Assembly (NCBI GenBank): GCA_902780235.1
Contig: CACZEL010000004.1
Location: 9,402 to 73,401, forward strand
From: an uncultured Bacteroidales bacterium
GTDB taxonomy: Bacteria > Bacteroidota > Bacteroidia > Bacteroidales > Paludibacteraceae
Reading direction: 5' to 3'
DNA length: 64,000 nt
Position 1 is the first letter of the stretch. Each line of letters begins with the position of its first letter. Below are positions 1 to 9,400 of this stretch, one piece after another. The translations under genes and the position numbers were made by a program. Below the pieces are notes generated by a model. The model was not told the origin of the DNA and made no database searches. It saw nothing but the letters and a program-made list of their open reading frames with translations.

Positions 1-793
1 TACCCCGTGTTACTCTGCGCGAACGTCTTCTCGTCGTTCACCGTCACACGCAGCGCTTGCAACTGATCCAGCAACTTATGCTTGTCCAAAAACTCGATAT
101 AATCGCGGCAGTACTGCTCATGTGTATAATCGGCATAACGTGCATTCACTGCACAATTCTCTTTCTTCGCAAATATCGCACTCACCAGCCGGAAGAACTC
201 CCTCCAATTGCTGTTGTCGTCGATGTTTGCCTTCAGCGATGTACGCGAAATCAGACTCGCCGTCTCCACGGCCATGGCCCAACTGTGCTCCAATCGCGTC
301 CGTATCTGCAACTCCACACGCAGTCCGTCATAATCCGCATTCTCCGAGTGGTATTTATATACGTAATGGATACTCCGGTAACCGCTATCTTTCGGCTCGA
401 CGATGTAGTTGTTCACTTTCTCCAACTCAAAATGTGCCGGACTATACGTTGCCATTGCCGCTTCACATGCATGCAGATCCTCCAGCGTCTCAAACACAAA
501 CCGCGCACCGCCTATATCCTGCAATCCTCCAAGCCGCATACCGGTTGCCTCGTTGTTACGAAGCTTCTCAATGATCGATGTCATTCGCTTGATACGCTGC
601 GAGTAGAAAGCATACTTTACGTTCTGCTGAGCCAGATAGGTGGTCAGGCTCTCCACAAACTCACGAAGTACCGGCAAATGAGTCATTCGCCAGTCGCTGA
701 CTATCTGTATCGCCTCCGAACGCTTGAAAGCATCCACTCCTTCGGCATACAAATACGTACCTACTCTATTTAAATTACTCCGTGAGTATTTCA
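1..793 (-). CDS. RelA/SpoT-domain (small alarmone synthetase / toxSAS-like) nucleotidyltransferase, C-terminus cut by the window edge
   Basis: Absent from the supplied track because there is no stop in the window. My translation from ATG 793-791 gives MKYSRSNLNRVGTYLY...RIKRMTSIIEKL...DIGGARFVF...GYRSIHYVYKY...VELQIRTRLEHSWAMAVE. This shows the G-loop, GYRS[IL]H and QIRT..H.WA motifs of the synthetase fold. The frame is open to position 1. Confidence 0.75.
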
Positions 794-808
794 TATCTTT
801 TTGTATCT

Positions 809-957
809 ATATTTTCACGCTCTCACACGCACGGACGTAAGCGGCGCGTATAAAAGCGCCGCAAAGTTACTGCTTTTTTGCGACATACACAAGAGTTTAG
901 GGGTAAAAAAGAACAAAAATATTATTTTTGTAAAGAAAAGATAGCAAAATCGTAAAA
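809..957. repeat. About 150-nt promoter-leader module, copy 1 (copy 2 at 13679-13828)
   Basis: Near-identical run TATATTTT..CGCTCTC....CGCACGGA.GTAAGCGGCGCGTATAAAAGCG.CGCAAAGTTACTGCTTTTTTGCGACATACACAAGAGTTT, then ..TTTTTGTAAA.AA.AGATAGCAAAATCGTAA. Same orientation in both copies. Confidence 0.85.
862..893 (-). promoter_or_regulatory. Bacteroidota sigma-A-type promoter for the RelA/SpoT-like gene
   Basis: The minus strand reads CTTG-N20-TAACTTTG, matching the -33 TTG / -7 TAnnTTTG consensus. Confidence 0.65.
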
Positions 958-960
958 AAT

Positions 961-1002
961 GATTAGAGATTTTCGATTAGAGATTTTCGATTAGAGATTT
1001 TT
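961..1002. repeat. Tandem repeat block
   Basis: GATTAGAGATTTTC x3, direct. Confidence 0.9.
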
Positions 1003-1151
1003 ACGACAACAGGGAAAGAGGGTTTTGGAAAATGTTGAATATGAAATGGATAGATTGGGTTTTGCTGTTGCAGGGGACAAAAAGGCCAATAAGGGGATAT
1101 ACGAAAAGAGTTTGGAGGGGCGCTTATATTTGCAGTAGATTTCGATTTTTC

Positions 1152-1201
1152 CGAGATCACGAAATAACGAGATCACGAGATAACGAGATCACGAGATCAC
1201 G
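1152..1201. repeat. Tandem repeat block
   Basis: CGAGATCACGA(A/G)ATAA x2, then CGAGATCAC x2. Lies just upstream of ATG 1233. Confidence 0.9.
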
Positions 1202-1232
1202 AAAAATTTTTAACCAATTAAATTTTATCATT

Positions 1233-2480
1233 ATGCTTAAAAACCTTAATTCGATGGAGGGACAGGAAGACCTCCGCATCGTCGAGCATCTCGACATGCA
1301 AAAACTCCCTGAGAGTGTACAACAGATGATCTCGCTGGCTTCGACGCCCGAAGAGCAGGACATTATCCTGATGGCTACGCTTGCGGCGGCGAGCGCGTGC
1401 GTACCGAATCTGTATTTTAATTATGGTCCGACGGGCAAGAAGTACTACGCGAACCTGCAATGTTTCATCTTGGCGGCTGCGGCTTCCGGTAAGGGTATCG
1501 CGAACCAAGCATTAGAGATGGTACGCGTGATCGACGAGCAGTATCCGATGCTGATTGCGGGCGACAGCACCTTAGCGGCATGGTATAAAGCGCTGGAGGA
1601 GCAGGGCGGTGTCGGATACATGCATGAGAGCGAAGGAAGCGTGATCACCGACATCTGGCGCACGGCGGCGGCGAACTACAACACAGCGCTCCGTAAGGCT
1701 GCCGAGCACGAGGCGATCAGCCGTAACCGCGTCAAGGGAGCTTCGGAGATCAAGAACCCGCGCCTCTCTATGCTCCTTACAGGTACATTCGGTCAGTACA
1801 AAGCCTTGGTGCCAAGTGTGGAGAACGGATATTTCAGCCGTCTGCTGACGGTCGTTATCCGCGGCTCGAACGGCTTTGACAAGCGATATGTCTCGTCCAA
1901 AGGCGGACAGAGCGCGATCCCGAAGATAGTTGGACAGCGGCTCTTGCGGACATACGAAACCTTAATGAACGCAGGCGAGCGCGAATGGAGCCTCACAGAT
2001 GCGCAGAAAGAGCGGCTGGGTGAACACCTGGAGACGGAGTACGAGACGCTCATCGGGCTGCTCGGCGATAATTTCCATTCGGCGGTGATACGAATGGCGG
2101 TACAGATTGAACGGATCGCGATGATCTTAAGCGCCCTTAGATTAACGTCGTCTGTTGTGCCGGATGACATCCGGCTGGACTGTTCCGACGATGACTACGA
2201 AACCGCCGAAATCATCGGAAACCGTCTCCTCCTTCACATGGCTGCAGCCTATCGCCTCATCGACGGCGATGCCCAAGACCTCGTTCCCGACATCAAACCC
2301 CTCGACCAACGCCGTGTTCTCTTCGACCAACTCAAAACCGAATACGCCCATAAAGAACTGGTTGCAGAAGCCAAAGCACAGGGCATTTCTGCCAGAACAG
2401 CCTTTCGATGGAACGAAAAATGGCTTTGCGAAGGCCTCATTACAAAGGCAGAATACGGCGTATATCGAAAAGTAGGATGA
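1233..2480 (+). CDS. DUF3987-like P-loop protein (mobile-element replication/helicase-like)
   Basis: Track ORF 1032-2480 trimmed to ATG 1233, because the upstream part only reads through the repeat block. LASTPEEQDIILMATLAAASACVPNLYF...ILAAAASGKGIANQ resembles DUF3987 proteins of Bacteroidota integrative elements. The family call is from memory. Confidence 0.55.
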   Translation: MLKNLNSMEGQEDLRIVEHLDMQKLPESVQQMISLASTPEEQDIILMATLAAASACVPNLYFNYGPTGKKYYANLQCFILAAAASGKGIANQALEMVRVIDEQYPMLIAGDSTLAAWYKALEEQGGVGYMHESEGSVITDIWRTAAANYNTALRKAAEHEAISRNRVKGASEIKNPRLSMLLTGTFGQYKALVPSVENGYFSRLLTVVIRGSNGFDKRYVSSKGGQSAIPKIVGQRLLRTYETLMNAGEREWSLTDAQKERLGEHLETEYETLIGLLGDNFHSAVIRMAVQIERIAMILSALRLTSSVVPDDIRLDCSDDDYETAEIIGNRLLLHMAAAYRLIDGDAQDLVPDIKPLDQRRVLFDQLKTEYAHKELVAEAKAQGISARTAFRWNEKWLCEGLITKAEYGVYRKVG

Positions 2481-2560
2481 CAAAGTGACAAAGTGGCAAA
2501 GTCTAAACAATGCTAATGTGCTTATTTACAGTAACTTTGTCAACTTTGCCACTTTGCCAC
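2479..2560. repeat. Inverted tandem-repeat block (hairpin-capable)
   Basis: GACAAAGTGACAAAGTGGCAAAGT at 2479-2502 faces ACTTTGTCAACTTTGCCACTTTGCCAC at 2534-2560 across a loop of about 30 nt. It starts inside the stop codon. Confidence 0.85.
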
Positions 2561-2599
2561 TCAAATTCTTCTTTCATTAGGTCGGATGCCATCCGACGT

Positions 2600-2638
2600 C
2601 GGTCCCTTATCGGTCCCTTATCGGTCCGTTATCGGTCC
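2600..2638. repeat. Tandem repeat block
   Basis: CGGTCCCTTAT 11-mer, about 3.5 copies. Confidence 0.9.
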
Positions 2639-2726
2639 ATTTACGAGGTAATCCTAGACCATTGCCGGTATAATCGCGGTACCATCTTCCGACCATTACG
2701 GACATCCCAGTCCCCTAACTAAGATA

Positions 2727-2763
2727 TTCATTATTAATTATTCATTATTAATTATTAATTATC
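2727..2763. repeat. AT-rich tandem repeat block
   Basis: TTCATTATTAATTA x2 plus TTAATTA, ending 3 nt before ATG 2767. Confidence 0.8.
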
Positions 2764-2766
2764 ACT

Positions 2767-3201
2767 ATGGCTATTGCAAAATTAGCAAATGGAATCGATG
2801 AACTTCACGGCGCTATAGACAGCGTCAAAGAAGGCAAAAAAAGACGCGCACGTCTCGTATGTCGCTGGCGCCCACAAGGCCCGCAATCCTATGCACCTGA
2901 CGGCAGCAAGTTACACGAACTCTTTTATATGCGTTTCCCGGAAGGACCTCGTTCGGAAGGCTACCAACGCAACTTCAACATGATCTTAGCCGCGCAGCGG
3001 ATGGCGCATGATATCGAGCGGGTATGCTATCATCCGGAGGAGTTCGGCGAGGAAGATATTGCACAGGCGAAGATCTGGCAGGAGAAGTACGCGGAGTACT
3101 TGAAGACGATCCCAAAAGGTAGCAACTGCTACAAGCACTTCTACGGCTGGATGTTTACGGAGATTTATCTGGGGATGAGGAATGAAAGAATGAAGGAATG
3201 A
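2767..3201 (+). CDS. Hypothetical protein (144 aa)
   Basis: Clean ATG ORF with no family recognised. The last codons (..RNERMKE*) are encoded by the 8-mer repeat block. Confidence 0.4.
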   Translation: MAIAKLANGIDELHGAIDSVKEGKKRRARLVCRWRPQGPQSYAPDGSKLHELFYMRFPEGPRSEGYQRNFNMILAAQRMAHDIERVCYHPEEFGEEDIAQAKIWQEKYAEYLKTIPKGSNCYKHFYGWMFTEIYLGMRNERMKE

Positions 3202-3242
3202 AGGAGTGAAAGAATGAAGGAGTTAGGGATTAGGGATTAGGA
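3173..3242. repeat. Tandem repeat block between convergent genes
   Basis: AATGAA(A/G)G 8-mer x5, then ATTAGGG heptamer x3. It contains the stop codons of both flanking ORFs. Confidence 0.9.
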
Positions 3243-4396
3243 GTTTGAAAGCGGAAGAAACCCATAGCTTCGAGCGCTATGACTTCGTCTCGCACTTCCG
3301 GGGTATAGCGGCCATGATCTTTCATAGCGCGCTGGAATTGCGAGGCGTTGTTACGCTCCATGTAATTGATTTTGAGGTGTTCGCTGAGCCACTGGCGCAT
3401 GTCCTTGTCGGAGCATTTGCGGCGGATATAACCGAGTTGGCGCATGGCATAGACGGCGGCAGTGAGGTCGCGGAAATGGGCGGGATGCTGCTCGGCAAGT
3501 TGGAGATGATAGAGCAGATGCTCCTGCACATTCTCCGGCACATCATCTGACCAGAAACGAATGTCTTTCTTAGGCAAGAGACGATCGGTAAGGAAGGAAG
3601 TCCATTCTTTTTGCCATCGATTCCATTCTTTTTGTTCGGAAGGATTCAATTGGTTGATTTCATCAGAGAGAAAAGCCCAGTCGGTTTCTTGCGCGAAGAT
3701 GTATTTGCGATCGGCGGAAGTGATTTTCGCACCGGGGATTTCCTGCTTCATCGCCACATATTCATCGGAGAGCCAGTGAAGGTAGCGCTCCATGATATCG
3801 GCAGCTTTTTCGCCTTCGAAGAAGAAGGTCGGCGCCTCCGTCTCATCGGGCATATCGGCCATTTGGATCACAGCCGGGGCATCTGTCCAATCGGTCTGGA
3901 AGTAACGTTGGCGGCGCGTCTCCACACGGGCGGCATCAATAAGCCACTGGGGGAAAGGCGTTTTCCAAGGCATGACGTCCCATATGTGTTCGCGGAAGGT
4001 GACAAGGACCAAATGCTGCATGTACGCGACGGTAAGGCTTATTGCCAGATAGAGCAGACGGTTGTTGGGGCAAAGGTCATTGAGCGAAGTCGAACCGAGG
4101 GTGAACTGGACGTAGTTATCGCGTAGTTGGTTGACTTCAGCGGAGAGATAACCCCAATCGTCTCGGCGCACCTCTTTCTCATAGCGCGCGAAGAACTCCG
4201 CCTGTTCGGCATCGGTATCGAGGGCTATTTGGCGGGCATCGCCTTCGTCAGTATCGACGATGAGGGCCGCAAAGATAGATGCCGCGAGAAAACCGCGCAA
4301 CTCGATGGTCGCGCCGTCCTCCGGCGTATAGATGAGGGTATGGTTCTCATAACGCGTATGCGTATCGATGATATAGTTGTCTAAGAGTTTAGGCAT
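3230..4396 (-). CDS. Hypothetical protein (388 aa), downstream of the XRE regulator
   Basis: Long ATG-initiated ORF, acidic and Trp-rich, with no motif I recognise. The antisense ORFs in the track are shorter and compositionally odd. Confidence 0.5.
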   Translation of the reverse strand: MPKLLDNYIIDTHTRYENHTLIYTPEDGATIELRGFLAASIFAALIVDTDEGDARQIALDTDAEQAEFFARYEKEVRRDDWGYLSAEVNQLRDNYVQFTLGSTSLNDLCPNNRLLYLAISLTVAYMQHLVLVTFREHIWDVMPWKTPFPQWLIDAARVETRRQRYFQTDWTDAPAVIQMADMPDETEAPTFFFEGEKAADIMERYLHWLSDEYVAMKQEIPGAKITSADRKYIFAQETDWAFLSDEINQLNPSEQKEWNRWQKEWTSFLTDRLLPKKDIRFWSDDVPENVQEHLLYHLQLAEQHPAHFRDLTAAVYAMRQLGYIRRKCSDKDMRQWLSEHLKINYMERNNASQFQRAMKDHGRYTPEVRDEVIALEAMGFFRFQTPNP

Positions 4397-4493
4397 CTTT
4401 ATAATTCTGCTCTAACTATATTCAACTGTTTTTGTATCGGCTGTTTCATCCAATCGGGAATAGAATCTCCGACATAGTCGCCAAATCGCGAAA

Positions 4494-4820
4494 CTAACTA
4501 CGTCGTGGGCGAATACGTTTTGGTACTTTCCCTAGCAACTTGGCAATAAGCAGCGGACTAATCACCGCTTGGGTCTCAAAGTTATTAAGAATCTCCAATT
4601 TATTGAGCACACGCAGCATCGCTACGACGGACTCCATCTTCATTCCTTTCCCATTCTCCACCTGCGTGACTGTCGAACGGGATACACCTGCACGTTCCGC
4701 CAACTGCTGCTGACTCAATCGCGCGTTGATCCGCATCTGCCGCATCTGGTTGCCCACATACTGCAGCAGCGCCTCATTGGTCATAAAATAGTCTATCATA
4801 ATGATTGTTTTTTCATGCAT
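4494..4820 (-). CDS. XRE/Cro-C1 family helix-turn-helix transcriptional regulator
   Basis: LSQQQLAERAGVSRSTVTQVENGKG is a canonical HTH_3 motif. Confidence 0.75.
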   Translation of the reverse strand: MHEKTIIMIDYFMTNEALLQYVGNQMRQMRINARLSQQQLAERAGVSRSTVTQVENGKGMKMESVVAMLRVLNKLEILNNFETQAVISPLLIAKLLGKVPKRIRPRRS

Positions 4821-4870
4821 TAAATGCAGTTTTTATACTTAATGATTGTTATTCCAATCAAAATCCGCCG

Positions 4871-4902
4871 CAAAAGTACTGCTTTTTTTTGATATATGCA
4901 AG
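4871..4902 (-). promoter_or_regulatory. Promoter for the XRE gene
   Basis: The minus strand reads CTTG-N20-TACTTTTG. Confidence 0.65.
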
Positions 4903-4918
4903 AAAATTCGTGGAATTT

Positions 4919-4952
4919 TCAGTTGAAAGTTGAAAGTTTAGAGTTTAGAGGT
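4919..4952. repeat. Tandem repeat block
   Basis: AGTTGAA heptamers followed by AGTTTAG heptamers. Confidence 0.85.
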
Positions 4953-4953
4953 A

Positions 4954-4984
4954 TAAAAATCGCCTCAGGGGAAGCGATTTTTAT
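4954..4984 (-). terminator. Hairpin plus T-run after the ATPase gene
   Basis: AAAATCGC-loop-GCGATTTT with flanking A/T runs. Confidence 0.45.
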
Positions 4985-5030
4985 CGATTAGGGATTAGTG
5001 ATTTTCGATTAGGGAATTAGGGAGTTAGTG
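4985..5030. repeat. Tandem repeat block
   Basis: CGATTAGGGATTAG / GATTAGGGAATTAGGGAGTTAG (GATTAGG family). Overlaps the stop of the ATPase gene. Confidence 0.85.
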
Positions 5031-6158
5031 TTGTTTCAACCAAAGCGCAAAGAACTTCTCATATACCACATATGCGCCATCATCGTTTTGATAGAGTAGC
5101 TCCTTCTCCATCAGATTCTGTATTGCACTGCGAACTGTGCTATACGCTCCGAGTTGGTGCTTTTGAAGGAACACATTACTACCCGGCTCTTTGACGCCCC
5201 CTTCTTTCGCTACAGCTCGCAGCACTTGCAGTTGGCGATCGGTGATAAGACGAGAAATCATCTGATAAGAAGGCGCTTCCTCAAGCAAGATCTGGTTGAG
5301 GGTCATCAGTACCCTATTATAATCGATCTGCTCCACTCCGCTCTGATAGAGGCGGTTCAGCAGACTCTGAATATTCCATGTATAACCATCCACAAGCGTG
5401 TATAGGTCATGGAACGTATCTGCGGACATGTGTTGACCATGCGCGGACAGATGTTTAGCGGCAAAAGCATAATATACTTTCTCGTCAATCACATTGATAT
5501 GCATCATCTGCGTACTGCGGTAGAAAGGACGCTTAGCGGAAGAGAACATCTCGGCCATGATGTGTTTCTTGCTGCCAGAGAAAATAAAATGCACATTACG
5601 CAACTGCTGGATATAGGTGCGCAATAAAGCCTCCATCTTCACATCCGTATATTCCGCTATTGTCTGAAACTCATCAAAAGCCACATAGCAAGGGGTAACC
5701 GATTTCTCCAAGTATGCAAAGATCTGCTGCAAAGTCCATTCTTCGCGTTGGGGCTGAATATCTATGGTACATTGCGGCATGCCGCTAATAGGGTCAGCCC
5801 CGAAGACCGGACGTAGGGCACCAAAGAAATGGGTGATCTCCGACCATACCTGTTCAGAAAAGGGTGTGATACGTTTGGTCAATACTTCTTGCGCAAAGAG
5901 TTTAGTGAACTCTTGTAGATTAGAGGTGCTATAGAGATCCACATAAAAACACTGCACCTCCTTCGGATTCAGACTCCGAAAGAAATGCTGAATCAATCCC
6001 GTTTTTCCTACACGACGGGGACTGCTCAGCGTCACATTGCGGCCATTGACCAGCGCTCCAGCCAGCTCTTTAGTCTCCTCATCACGATCACAGAAATACT
6101 CCGGCCCCATGTAGGAGGTAATAGAAAACGGATTAAAAACGGTCTCTCTATTTGCCAT
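5025..6158 (-). CDS. AAA+ ATPase of the archaeal-ATPase/DUF234 type
   Basis: FCDRDEE...NVTLSSPRRVGKTGLI (Walker A), ..VAFDEFQ (Walker B-like) and a winged-helix-like C-terminus. ATG 6158 is preferred over the TTG 6164 used by the track. Confidence 0.75.
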   Translation of the reverse strand: MANRETVFNPFSITSYMGPEYFCDRDEETKELAGALVNGRNVTLSSPRRVGKTGLIQHFFRSLNPKEVQCFYVDLYSTSNLQEFTKLFAQEVLTKRITPFSEQVWSEITHFFGALRPVFGADPISGMPQCTIDIQPQREEWTLQQIFAYLEKSVTPCYVAFDEFQTIAEYTDVKMEALLRTYIQQLRNVHFIFSGSKKHIMAEMFSSAKRPFYRSTQMMHINVIDEKVYYAFAAKHLSAHGQHMSADTFHDLYTLVDGYTWNIQSLLNRLYQSGVEQIDYNRVLMTLNQILLEEAPSYQMISRLITDRQLQVLRAVAKEGGVKEPGSNVFLQKHQLGAYSTVRSAIQNLMEKELLYQNDDGAYVVYEKFFALWLKQH

Positions 6159-6231
6159 AATCAACTGATTTTATGCATTATAGTCGTAGCGAAATTTTCG
6201 TCACACTTTTTTCGTCACATAAATTTCGCTG

Positions 6232-6263
6232 CAAAAGTACTACATTTTTTTGATATATGCAAG
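6232..6263 (-). promoter_or_regulatory. Promoter for the ATPase gene
   Basis: The minus strand reads CTTG-N20-TACTTTTG. About 30 nt are nearly identical to the XRE promoter. Confidence 0.65.
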
Positions 6264-6270
6264 TGTTCGT

Positions 6271-6311
6271 AAAAAAAAATCGCACATACGCTTGAACGTA
6301 CATGCGATTTT
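6271..6311 (-). terminator. Rho-independent terminator after the giant gene and the small ORF
   Basis: The minus strand reads AATCGCATGTACG-TTCAAG-CGTATGTGCGATT followed by T9. Confidence 0.7.
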
Positions 6312-6315
6312 CGAT

Positions 6316-6471
6316 TTAAAAGACCGGTGTGCGGTGACGACCGGGAGCTCCCGGATGGGGAGGTACCGGTGTAGGATCCGGAGTAGAAGCCGGACTGCTA
6401 TCCAACAAGCACTTACTCAAATTGATTGTCTCCACCTCCATAAGGGGAGCTGTATATATTTTCTTTTCCAT
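6316..6471 (-). CDS. Candidate small ORF (51 aa) with a proline-rich tail
   Basis: Below the track cutoff. My translation is MEKKIYTAPLMEVETINLSKCLLDSSPASTPDPTPVPPHPGAPGRHRTPVF*. It starts 12 nt after the giant gene's stop, follows AAGGAG, and sits directly upstream of the terminator. Confidence 0.3.
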   Translation of the reverse strand: MEKKIYTAPLMEVETINLSKCLLDSSPASTPDPTPVPPHPGAPGRHRTPVF

Positions 6472-6483
6472 AATTCATTCTCC

Positions 6484-9400
6484 TTATTTTACGAGTTGAC
6501 CATCGATAGAATAAACCTTATCACCACGGATAATGAAGACTTGATTGTCGATCAGTACCTTCTTCGTCTCACCTTGAGCATCAACAACTGCTTCATCCAT
6601 ACCGGTAGTAGTTTGCGGCGCGTTCTTCACGCTAATACGCAGACCATAGTTCGCATCGGTGCCTTTCTGGAGTTCAGCCGTGTAAGCGTCCTCAGAGAGG
6701 TTCCAAATAGCTTCTCCGTTATAGGTCAGATAGAGGGTATGATCCTCAGAAGCTTTCTCCTTTTCGATAGCAATCGAGTACTCACCGGCCCTCGGAGCGA
6801 AGATGCTCAGCGGGAACTCAGCTACGCTGTTGACCGGAGCCATCGTATTCATACAGAGTTTCGCATCATAGCGATTTACCCACATCTGTGCCACCTTATC
6901 GCTTACACCAAATTTCAGCACATCCTGACCTATGGTATAGGTATCTGCCTCTTTGTCTTCATTCGCGTTGATGAAGAGACGATCCTGCATTCTACCATAG
7001 GAAGCAATCTCTACCTGATATTCTGCGTTCAAAGTCTGAGCGGCTTCATTGCGGCGAGCCGGAGCAGGAGCAGGAGGTGTGGTAACAGCCGTTGCTGATC
7101 CGTTATTCGTAGCTTGTACGAAGATCGGTTTCGCTACAATCAGTTTGTTGCTCAATGCAACCGCCTCGTAACTCTGTGCATCGGCATTGAATACTTGACC
7201 TACCGTAGCACCGGTATTGCTCAAGTAAGCATAGAAGATAGCCGGGTTGGCGATACCATTCCAGTTAGCGTCGGCTGGTGCTGCTGAATTAAATGCAGCA
7301 ACGCCGGTAGATGTATTCAAGATCGGAGCACCTGCTTTCTTCGGGAAGCGGAGTACCGATGCGTCGTTCGCCAGATAGAGCATGTAGAGACGACCCGGAA
7401 CGAGTACATCACTATTCGACAGATACTTCCAGCAAGCGTCCACCTTACCTTGTGCTGCACGAACCGATCCGTCGTAGTAAGCAAGGTAGTTACCGCTATT
7501 CCAAGAGAGCGGAGAACCATTTGCTGTAATCATACCAGCCGTTACCTGCCAAGGCACTGCCACAGCATACCACTTGCCGGCCGTGAATGTACCCGTGAGG
7601 TCATAGTAGCAATCACCTGTCACATTGAGCAGGTTTACACCTGTCAACTGACCGGATACTGTACCATTGGAGTTCAAAATCAATTGATTCACTGTAGTAG
7701 CCTCAACAATGTTCTGTGCCTGACCCAAGCCAACCTCCATGACAACCTCTTGAGCAGCAAAGTGCGCATAGTAAGATACGCTAGCGGTTGCTTTCGGTGT
7801 CATGTTGTTCTTATAGAACATACCGGCACCATTAGCCTCTGTGGTCCAACCGTCGAAGGTATATACATATTGAGTCGAAGCGGGTTTAGTCGGTATCTCA
7901 CCCGTGTAGATAGTAGCGGTATTCGCTTTCTGACCAACCTCAGCCAATATGGTATTTCCGTCGAAGCTCTTCCAAGTGATGGTATAATCAGGATTTGCTA
8001 CAGTAAAGTTAGCTACTAGGTTAATGTCAGCAGTAATCGTTGCAGGAAGGTCACTTACCGTATTGCCATCTTTATCAGTCCAATTGGTAAAGGTATAACC
8101 ATCGTTGTCCGATCGTGAGATAGAGATAGCTGTACCATAATCAAATGTACCTGCTCCCGAGAATGTACATGCGCCGGAAGGATTCGCCTTGAGCGTAACG
8201 GTGTATTTATTCGTAGTAGCGTCAAATACGGCAGTATAATTAGCATCTGCCATTACCGTTTGGATCTGCGGGGTCCATCTGAGTGCATAGGTGTATTGCG
8301 CTGTTGCTGCCTTAGTCGGAAGTTCCGAGCAAACAGGTGTCTCACCGTATTGATACTGATGACTCTCGATGACATCTGCAGGAGTATTCGGATCACCATT
8401 CTCTTTTACGAACTTAACCGTATATGTCTTTGCTACTTCTGCATAAATAGCGGTGTACGACTTGATGCTGGTAGCAGAAACTTCTTCCAATGCCGGTGAC
8501 CAATGGTCGAAGACATAGGTAAACTCACTTGTAGCCGGTTTGCTATTCGGCGTGGCTTCAGTATATTCCGGCATTGCACCTACAGCTACATTACCTTGCT
8601 GCAGTACCGTAGTACCATTATAGTCATAGAACGTCACCTGATACTCCGTAGGCGGATTCTCAAGCCATGAAGCGGTATATGTTGCATCGCCTGTTACAGC
8701 AGCAATAGCCGGAGTCCATTGGAGTGTGTGACCAACCTTTGTCGGCACATTTTCGCAAACAGGAATCTCATTGTGCGTCAAGAAATGACGCTCAATCTCC
8801 GTACCACCTTCATTTTGGAAGATGATGGTGTACATACGCGGCTTCTCCGTATAAGTGGCCGTATAGGTTACATTGCTCGTCACAGGACCGAGAGCAGGAG
8901 CCCAACCGGTGAAATCATAGGTATAGTCGATGTTTGCTTCACGGGTCGGGTTAGTACCGAGGAATTCAGCCATCGTACCATATTTAACATAGTACTCGTC
9001 AACAAGCGCACCATTGAACGCAGCTGTTTGGATTATGTCGCCATTCCAGTTCTTCCATGAAACCGAGAACATCTGTTCCCTCCACATCTCGAAGTCATCA
9101 TCCCAATAATAATACGTGTCATTATCCGGATGGATACAATGGTAGAGGTTATCTTTCTTCTCTACTTCCCACCACTGATCACAAATACCTAAATTGGTAG
9201 TCAATATAAAGAGTCGACCGGCACCGGCTGCATCGCTGTAGGTATGGTCACTATTACCAACCATCTTTTCTCCATCCCAGGTAGCATTGATGGCTACATA
9301 CTCTTGTGGTTTAGCATAATACGTATCATAATCATCCTTCATGAAGCAGTTATCTTCTGCTACTTCGAAAATATTCCATACATTATCCGTATAGCAGTAT

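Noticed and set aside
57-773. Plus-strand ORFs of 238, 150 and 65 aa listed in the track at the left edge
   Set aside because: They are antisense shadows of the minus-strand RelA/SpoT-domain gene. That gene has clear catalytic motifs, a consensus promoter and a proper ATG. The plus-strand translations are Cys/His/Arg-rich with no motifs.
1032-1232. N-terminal extensions of track ORFs through repeat blocks (1032-1232, 14742-14867, 23368-23448, 56931-56954)
   Set aside because: The extensions merely translate tandem repeats or promoter DNA, and conserved N-termini begin at internal ATGs. Some ORF-track starts are TTG or GTG shown as M.
3223-3242. TTAGGG-like telomeric repeats or eukaryotic contamination (also at 4985-5030 and 63036-63064)
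   Set aside because: There are only 2-4 heptamer copies (GATTAGG). They are embedded between or inside bacterial genes and behave like the other repeat families.
3230-4820. A hipBA toxin-antitoxin module (HipB-like XRE followed by a large gene)
   Set aside because: The 388-aa downstream protein shows none of the HipA kinase motifs and is not recognisably a kinase.
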